A stretch of 32,000 bases of DNA from an uncultured Chloroflexia bacterium (GTDB taxonomy: Bacteria; Chloroflexota; Anaerolineae; Anaerolineales; Anaerolineaceae), in the NCBI GenBank assembly GCA_963704755.1, contig OY969938.1:2790001-2822000 (forward strand), read 5' to 3'. Below are positions 6,824-13,008 of the stretch, in pieces. The first letter of the stretch is position 1. Each line of letters begins with the position of its first letter. A program made the translations under genes and the position numbers. Under the pieces are notes generated by a model. The model did not search any database and was not told where the DNA came from. It saw nothing but the letters and a program-made list of their open reading frames with translations.

Positions 6824-8527
6824 ATGGATTTTTCAACGAAACCAGCCTTGCCTGAGCTAAGAGTCCGCAAGATTATGGGCCGGACTTTTCTAAACGAGAA
6901 CCGTTTGGAAGAGGCCCTGGAAACATTTTCCAGCATCTTGCGCGATTACCCGGAGGACGCAGAGAGCCTGGTTACCCTGGGTAACCTGTACCTGGCCGGT
7001 GGTGATGGAATCACAGCTCAAAAGCTGTTCCGCCAGGCGCTCGAACTGGATCCGGGCAATAAGAATAGCATCATCAGGCAAATCGAGCTGGCCCAAACGG
7101 AGATCGTCGAACCGGAAGGTGAAGCAATCCCCACCGACCCGAAAGCCGTCGCCCGGCTGCTCCAGCGCCTGACCGGCAAGACAAACGCTGTCGCCGAAGA
7201 CGATATGTGGAAAGCGGCTGAATTATTGGAAACCATTATTCATAGCGAAAACCCGGCCGACCAGGTCGCTGAACGCCTGGATGAGATCACCGAGGTTCTC
7301 CCGGCGCTGATCGAGATCAATATTCGCCAGGCCAGCAGCGATGGCAATCCGCAGGTCGAATCCGGGCTGCGGAACCTGCAAAAGCATATCCTCATCCAGT
7401 TGGAAGCCCGCGAATCCCGGCCGGAACCCGACCATAAAGAGCCCCAGCCGGTACCGGTTGTGTATCATGCCGATTGGAAGATCCTCTTTTTACGGCCGGC
7501 CCAATCGGCGGCCAGCCGGCGCAGCCACTTGATCGAGACGATCCTGGAATCACTCGGCTGCCAGGTGATCGAGGATAACGGGCTGAACACCCTCGATAGG
7601 GAAAGGCCCGACCTGGTTTTGGCCTGTAACCCGCACTTGCAGGCGGGCCTGGCCGAAAAAATCGCGGCCTGTTCCGCCAGGGGCATTCCGGTGCTGGTGG
7701 ACCTGGACACGAATTTCGAAGAACTGCCCATCTTTCATCCGGATTACGCCGCCAAGGGGCTGAGCAACCCGGCCCGCGGACGGGCCTACACGGCCGCCCT
7801 GATGCTGGCCAGCCTGATCACCGTGCCGGGCGAAGAACATGCGGCCGCCTTGCGCGCCGCCGGGCACCCGGCTGTGGTGATCCCGGATGGCTGGTCGCAG
7901 GACAACCTGCTGTGGACTAAAGAACGCCCAACCCGCCCCACGGTGAATATTGGCTGGGCCAATCTGCCCGGCCAGATGGAAGACCTGGCCGCCATACGCC
8001 GGGCGGTGATGCGGGTGCTGCGCGAATATCAAAACACCCAACTGGTGGTGATTGGCGATTTGCAGGCCTACCGCCTGTTCGAAAACCTGCCCGAAGACCG
8101 GAAAATATTCCTGCCGGCTTCTGGCCCGGACGAATACCCCTATTTGCTCGGCCAGGTAGACGTATTATTGGTGCCGCTTCACAACCATCCCTTCAACAAC
8201 ACCATTCCAGAAAGCGCCCTGGTCGAAGCCGGGGCACGCAGTATTCCCTGGATTGGGACCCCGGTGCCGTCCTTTGTACGCTGGCAGGCCGGCGGCGTGC
8301 TGGCCAATTCGCTGGATGACTGGCATTTGCAGCTCCGCCAACTGGTCAGCGAGGCAGATTTGCGCGCCAGCCTGGGCGCCGAGGGCCACCAGGCTGCCTG
8401 CGCCCGCGAGCAGGCCGTGTTGACCCGCTCCTGGTTCAAGGCTCTCCGCCAATTGATTGGCGATGCCGCAGCGGTTGCCCAGCCGGTCAGCCTGCCTAAC
8501 CAACTCCCGCTTGAGATCAGCCGATGA
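6824..8527 (+). CDS. TPR-repeat protein fused to a GT-B-like glycosyltransferase domain (FlmG-like architecture)
   Basis: N-terminal TPR (LEEALETFSSILRDYPEDAESLVTLGNLYLAGGDGITAQKLFRQALELDPGN). The C-terminal ~340 aa have a two-lobe Rossmann-like pattern (DLVLACNP..., IPVLVDLD..., VVIPDGW..., NIGWAN..., LVVIGD...) and a GT1/GT4-like ending NNTIPESALVEAGARSIPWIGT. ATG with GAAGGG upstream. The fold assignment is by eye only. Confidence 0.6.
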   Translation: MDFSTKPALPELRVRKIMGRTFLNENRLEEALETFSSILRDYPEDAESLVTLGNLYLAGGDGITAQKLFRQALELDPGNKNSIIRQIELAQTEIVEPEGEAIPTDPKAVARLLQRLTGKTNAVAEDDMWKAAELLETIIHSENPADQVAERLDEITEVLPALIEINIRQASSDGNPQVESGLRNLQKHILIQLEARESRPEPDHKEPQPVPVVYHADWKILFLRPAQSAASRRSHLIETILESLGCQVIEDNGLNTLDRERPDLVLACNPHLQAGLAEKIAACSARGIPVLVDLDTNFEELPIFHPDYAAKGLSNPARGRAYTAALMLASLITVPGEEHAAALRAAGHPAVVIPDGWSQDNLLWTKERPTRPTVNIGWANLPGQMEDLAAIRRAVMRVLREYQNTQLVVIGDLQAYRLFENLPEDRKIFLPASGPDEYPYLLGQVDVLLVPLHNHPFNNTIPESALVEAGARSIPWIGTPVPSFVRWQAGGVLANSLDDWHLQLRQLVSEADLRASLGAEGHQAACAREQAVLTRSWFKALRQLIGDAAAVAQPVSLPNQLPLEISR

Positions 8528-9573
8528 AAATCGTTTATATCCACTCCACCGAACCCCGCAATGCCTATCGCGTTCACGTGCGCTGTAACAGTATTATGCA
8601 GACCATCAACCGGGTGCCGCAATTCAGCGCAACCAACCTGAGCCTGGAAGAATTCATCCGGCGCACCCCGGCGGCCGAAGCTGTCTGCCAGGACGCTGAT
8701 CTGCTGGTGATTCACCGCTACCTGTATGAACCGGTTATCCAGGCCTTGTATTACTGGAAAGCCCGCGACAAAAAAGTGATCGTCGATATCGACCAGGGCC
8801 TGAATTCGCTCCTGCTCGATCACCCGGATTACCATTTCTGGACAAAAGTAAGCGCAACCGCCGGATCGCGCCAGGAAATTTCCACCCTGGCCCAGCTCCA
8901 ACTCGGCCTGCGCCTGGTGGATGCCATCACCGTGCCGACTGCCCGCCTGGCGAAAGATTTTAGCCCCTACGGGCGGACTCTGGTCATACCGGATGCCTTG
9001 AATACCGACGAATACCTGACCCCTCACATCGAGCGCCCGGGCGTAATCTGCCTGGGCCTGGGTGGTGACGAGTTCTACCTTCCCAGTTTGGAAGCCTGTG
9101 GCCTATTGAAGGCCCTCGAGGGCGTGTGCAGCCAGCGCCCACAGGTGCGCTTATTGCTGGCCGGTACGGGCCGGCACAGTCTGAACATTCTGCCATCCAT
9201 CACCGCCGACCGCAAAAATTTTATTCCTCAGGTGTCGTTTGCCGAATGGGTCGGCCTGCTCTCGACGGTGGATATCGGCCTGGCCCCGATCTATGGTGAA
9301 TACGAACAATATTGGAGCAATATCCGCATCCTGGAATACATGAGCATGAAGATCCCCTGGGTGGCCAGCGACCTTTCCCCGTACCGCGATATGGCCAGCT
9401 ACGGCTGGCTGGTCGGCAATACGGCCGAGGCCTGGGAGCGGGTGCTGCTGGAAATGGTCGATCACGTCGAGGCCTATCGCGCCGAAGTAACCGGCGAGCC
9501 GTTTTACCGTGCGCTCGGCCTGGATATGCACGAAAACGTACGCGTGTATCTCGACGCTTACCAATCCATTTAG
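8524..9573 (+). CDS. GT-B-like glycosyltransferase, paralogue of the C-terminal half of the preceding gene
   Basis: The start overlaps the upstream stop (ATGA). Blocks are shared with the upstream protein: VIVDIDQGLNSLLLDHPDY vs VLVDLDTNFEELPIFHPDY; DAITVPTARLAKDF...TLVIPDAL vs SLITVPGEEHAAAL...AVVIPDGW; ILEYMSMKIPWVAS vs LVEAGARSIPWIGT. Confidence 0.55.
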   Translation: MKIVYIHSTEPRNAYRVHVRCNSIMQTINRVPQFSATNLSLEEFIRRTPAAEAVCQDADLLVIHRYLYEPVIQALYYWKARDKKVIVDIDQGLNSLLLDHPDYHFWTKVSATAGSRQEISTLAQLQLGLRLVDAITVPTARLAKDFSPYGRTLVIPDALNTDEYLTPHIERPGVICLGLGGDEFYLPSLEACGLLKALEGVCSQRPQVRLLLAGTGRHSLNILPSITADRKNFIPQVSFAEWVGLLSTVDIGLAPIYGEYEQYWSNIRILEYMSMKIPWVASDLSPYRDMASYGWLVGNTAEAWERVLLEMVDHVEAYRAEVTGEPFYRALGLDMHENVRVYLDAYQSI

Positions 9574-9588
9574 TATCTTCGCAACCGT

Positions 9589-9630
9589 CCAACTTGAGGG
9601 GCAAGGGCCTCAAATTCGGTAACTTCCAGC
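9589..9630. repeat. Collapsed/degenerate copy of the 'TTTGAGG...CCTCAAA' palindromic repeat
   Basis: CCAACTTGAGGGG-CAAGGG-CCTCAAATTCGGTAACTT keeps both outer arm ends and the 3' flank of the 6463-6520 copy (CCGAATTTGAGGGG...CCTCAAATTCGGGAACTT) but lacks the inner stem. Only a 6-bp stem remains. Confidence 0.65.
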
Positions 9631-9753
9631 TTAAGACTGATCTGCTTATCCGCAAAGAATACACAATGCCGGGGTTTCAGAGGATTTCCATTCCGATATT
9701 AGGTACAGCTATCAAAATAGAGTAGAATCGGTTGTAATCATAGGGACCAATCA

Positions 9754-10554
9754 ATGCGCGAGATGGATGAATGGAGCAAAGCCAAAAAGGACGACCCGGT
9801 TCGGATTCCTGTCATGATACGGATTCCGGCCGGTGCGTTTTTAATGGGCACCAGCAACGAAGATATCAAGCGCCTTCAGTTGAAAGAATCCGATTGGGCC
9901 TATGACTGGTATGATAACGACCTGTTCGTGACCGAGCAGCCCCAGAGCATCGTCGAATTACCGTCCTACGAGATTGCCCAATACCCGGTCACCAATGCCG
10001 AGTATTATGATTTCACTATTGCCACCGGCTACCGGTTGCCCAAACATTGGATTGGGTTTACCTATCCGGCCGAAATGGCCATGCACCCGGTGGTAGGCAT
10101 CAACAAGAGCGACGCCCAGGCCTACATCGATTGGGTCAATTACCAGGTCGGCGGCAATTACCGGCTGCCGACTGAAGCCGAATGGGAATTTGCTGCCCGT
10201 GGCCCGGATGGCCGGATTTTCCCCTGGGGCAACACGTTCGACCCCTGGCGCTGTAACACTTCCGAAAGCGGCAAAAAGACCACCACGGCGGTCGGTTCGT
10301 ATTCGCCGGGTGGGGATAGTCCATTTGGTCTGGCCGACATGGTGGGCAATGTGTGGGAATGGACCAGCTCGATCTATGCCCCCTACCCCTATGAAAAAGA
10401 TGATGGCCGTGAAGAACACCGGCCCAATGCCAAATACGTCATGCGCGGCGGAGCCTGGTATTACACCCGAAAACTGGCCCGCTGTGCGGCCCGCGAAGGC
10501 AACATCGAGACCTACCTTTCCCAATCCAATGGTTTTCGGATGGCCCGCTCTTAA
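9754..10554 (+). CDS. FGE-sulfatase (SUMF1/EgtB/PvdO) fold protein, cytoplasmic, without the FGE catalytic cysteine pair
   Basis: Family motifs RIPAGAFLMGT, YPVTNAEY, HPVVGI, YRLPTEAEWEFAARG, GNVWEWTSS, RGGAW and NGFRMAR. There is no N-terminal hydrophobic segment. The segment GGAWYYTRKLARCAAR is shorter than the FGE CxxxxC-containing segment and has no Cys pair. Confidence 0.88.
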   Translation: MREMDEWSKAKKDDPVRIPVMIRIPAGAFLMGTSNEDIKRLQLKESDWAYDWYDNDLFVTEQPQSIVELPSYEIAQYPVTNAEYYDFTIATGYRLPKHWIGFTYPAEMAMHPVVGINKSDAQAYIDWVNYQVGGNYRLPTEAEWEFAARGPDGRIFPWGNTFDPWRCNTSESGKKTTTAVGSYSPGGDSPFGLADMVGNVWEWTSSIYAPYPYEKDDGREEHRPNAKYVMRGGAWYYTRKLARCAAREGNIETYLSQSNGFRMARS

Positions 10555-10570
10555 CTTCTGCCGGCCCGGA

Positions 10571-12226
10571 TCAGCGTTTGTGGGGAATATCGGGCAGGTA
10601 AATCGAGAAAGTTGTACCCTGGCTGGGTTGGCTGTCCACCACCAGGTCGCCGCCATGTTCCTTGATCACCCGCAGGCACAGGGATAAGCCCAGCCCGGTT
10701 CCCCGTCCCGCTACCTTGGTGGTATAGAAGGGCTCGAATATGCGGGTCAAATTTTCCTTGGGAATCCCGCGGCCGTTGTCCTGGAAAGTGACGATGAATT
10801 GCTTGTCCAGGTAGCGGGTGGCGATAGTAATCTTCCCGTCCGGGTGATCGATGGCATCCATCGCGTTGACCAACAGGTTGATCCATACCCCCTGCAGGTG
10901 GGTCCGGCTGGCGATAATTTCCGGCATGCTTTTATTCAGGTCGAGGGCCAGCTCGATGGAACGGTTGATTACCTCGTGGCGCACCAGGGATACGGCGCTT
11001 TGGATGTTATCGTTGAGCGAGAAGGTCTCGAACTCGTATTCCGATTCACGCCGGGCTATGCCCAGCAAGTTGCTCACTACCTGCGAGGCCCGCAGACCGG
11101 CCGTCTCGATTAATTGCAGGGTTTCGACCGTTTCCGGGTTGTAGTCGCGCAGTTCCCTTTTGAGAATTTGGGCGTTGGCGATGACTGCGGCCAGGGGGTT
11201 GTTGATTTCGTGGGCTACTCCTGCGGCAAGCTGGCCGATCGCGGCCAGTTTCTCCGACTGGATCAGGTTGGCCTCCAGCCCGCGCTTTTCGGTGATGTCC
11301 TCTTCGAAGACGATTGCCTGGTGCGGTCCGCTGGAATATTCATTGACCGGGAAGGTGGTGATATCCCAATCGAAATATTTTTCCTGGTCGATCCATTCAC
11401 GCTGAATGCGGTTGGTCGAACCTGACGACTGGAGGGTGTCCATCACCTCACACCCCGGGCAGGGGTCGGTTCGTTTATAGAACGCCTCATAGCACTTTTT
11501 GCCGACCAGGTTCTGGGGTGGGGCGCCGGCCCGCAAGCTGCGCGCCCGGTTAACGGCAATGATGGTATAGAACCGGTCGATGATGTACACCGAAGAAGGG
11601 ATGCTGTCGAACAGGGACCGCAAGGTATTGCGGGAATTGGTAATCTCCCAGGAGCGGGCTTCGAGCTCGGCATTGCTGACCTTGAGCTGCATCCTCTCCC
11701 TGGCACGGTATAACTCGTCGGCCGTCAGGCTGCCGATGGTCTCCAGCATGGTCTTCCAATAGGTATCGTCGATGCGTTCGTTCGGGCCAATCACCAGAAA
11801 TGCCCCGATGGTATTGTTGTGGGTGGAAAGCGGCAAAAAGACCACCAGCGAGTGCTGGTCGTCTTGCAGGATATCCAGGTTGGAACAGGCCGAGTCGATC
11901 AGGTTTTGCTCCCAGTTTCGCCCATCGACGGGGGTCTTGTCCACCCGCAGGGTATCCTCCATGGCCCAGGATCCATCGCTCCCCAGCACTTTGCGGAATA
12001 TCAGCGAGGGGTACTCTTCGTCCAGCAGAACCATGATCAAATTCCTGGCATCGAAGATCCGCCTGACCAGTACGGCTGCTTTTAGCTCGGCCGGCAGGCC
12101 GTTGTTGGAGATCGATTGGATTTCGACCAGCGCCTGTAAGGCGTTGATCTGGTTTAGTTCGCGGTCAGAAGATGGATGGTTGTGTGTGAATTCCAGGGGA
12201 ACGTTTTCCTGTCTTGAATCAGACAT
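10571..12226 (-). CDS. Soluble sensor histidine kinase (GAF-like + PAS + HisKA + HATPase_c)
   Basis: H-box LAAGVAHEINNPL and ATPase motifs (NLLVNAMDAI, DNGRGIP, GTGLGLSL). No TM segment. The PAS region contains Cys-x10-Cys-Pro-Gly-Cys. Confidence 0.9.
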   Translation of the reverse strand: MSDSRQENVPLEFTHNHPSSDRELNQINALQALVEIQSISNNGLPAELKAAVLVRRIFDARNLIMVLLDEEYPSLIFRKVLGSDGSWAMEDTLRVDKTPVDGRNWEQNLIDSACSNLDILQDDQHSLVVFLPLSTHNNTIGAFLVIGPNERIDDTYWKTMLETIGSLTADELYRARERMQLKVSNAELEARSWEITNSRNTLRSLFDSIPSSVYIIDRFYTIIAVNRARSLRAGAPPQNLVGKKCYEAFYKRTDPCPGCEVMDTLQSSGSTNRIQREWIDQEKYFDWDITTFPVNEYSSGPHQAIVFEEDITEKRGLEANLIQSEKLAAIGQLAAGVAHEINNPLAAVIANAQILKRELRDYNPETVETLQLIETAGLRASQVVSNLLGIARRESEYEFETFSLNDNIQSAVSLVRHEVINRSIELALDLNKSMPEIIASRTHLQGVWINLLVNAMDAIDHPDGKITIATRYLDKQFIVTFQDNGRGIPKENLTRIFEPFYTTKVAGRGTGLGLSLCLRVIKEHGGDLVVDSQPSQGTTFSIYLPDIPHKR

Positions 12227-12231
12227 CCGCT

Positions 12232-12999
12232 CTATCCCTCATCCGGGTGATCGATGGTGTAGCCGTAGCCCGGCACAGTCTTGATAAAGGTTGGGTTGCG
12301 CGGGTCAGCCTCGATGCGCTCCCGCAGGTTCTTGATGTGTACCCTCACCAGGTCCGGGCTGCCGGCATCGGTGGGGTAATCCCAGATTTCATCCAGCAGC
12401 CGGGTGGGCGAGAAGATCTCGCCGGGGTGGGTCATCAAGTGATACAGCAGGTCGTACTGCACCGGGGTCAGGCGGAATTTCGTGTTTTTAGGGCCCATAA
12501 ATTCATAAGTGCGGGTATTCAGGGCGTACTCGCCAATGCGGATGATCCGGCTGGTGTTCAGTTCGACCGACTTTCCGCGTGGCTGGGTTTCGGCCGGTGC
12601 GGATTTTACATCTTTGCGGATCTGCTTGGTGCGCCGCAGGATCGCTTTGATCCGCAGAAGCAGCTCGTCTACATTGAACGGTTTGCCCAGGTAGTCGTCT
12701 GCGCCGGCGCTTAGGCCGGCAATTTTGTCCTCGTCTTTTGTCTTGGCGGTCAGGAACAGGATCGGGACCTCGGCCAGCATCGCGTCGCTGCGCATTTCTT
12801 TGCAGACCGTATAACCATCCATACCTGGCATAATTACATCCAGCAGCACCAGGTCGGGTAGTTCGCGGCGGGCAGCGATCAGCCCCTCCACGCCGCTGTT
12901 GGCCTGGCGGACGCGATATTCGCTTCCGCGCAAACATCGTTCTATTGTTTTGGCGACGATTTCGTCGTCTTCAATAATAAGTATGTTTGTAGTTTCCAA
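12232..12999 (-). CDS. OmpR/PhoB-family response regulator (REC + winged-helix)
   Basis: Receiver motifs ILIIEDDE, LVLLDVIMPGMDG, FLTAK and YLGKPF. The C-terminal Trans_reg_C pattern is LTPVQYDLLYHLMTHPGEIFSPTRLLDEIW...IKNLRERIE...FIKTVPGYGYTI. Confidence 0.95.
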   Translation of the reverse strand: METTNILIIEDDEIVAKTIERCLRGSEYRVRQANSGVEGLIAARRELPDLVLLDVIMPGMDGYTVCKEMRSDAMLAEVPILFLTAKTKDEDKIAGLSAGADDYLGKPFNVDELLLRIKAILRRTKQIRKDVKSAPAETQPRGKSVELNTSRIIRIGEYALNTRTYEFMGPKNTKFRLTPVQYDLLYHLMTHPGEIFSPTRLLDEIWDYPTDAGSPDLVRVHIKNLRERIEADPRNPTFIKTVPGYGYTIDHPDEG

Positions 13000-13008
13000 G
13001 ATTCCCTC

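Noticed and set aside
8179-9027. 282-aa minus-strand ORF spanning the junction of the two glycosyltransferase-like genes. Similar long antisense or alternate-frame ORFs occur at 9958-10656, 13763-14512, 20335-21124 and 24561-25292
   Set aside because: All of them overlap strongly supported genes on the other strand or frame. They lack recognisable domains and ribosome-binding sites and show GC-rich shadow-ORF composition.
10555-10570. Only 16 bp and no hairpin between the convergent FGE-like gene and the kinase gene
   Set aside because: This is unusual-looking, but tight convergent junctions without recognisable intrinsic terminators are common in GC-rich genomes, and nothing further can be inferred from the sequence.
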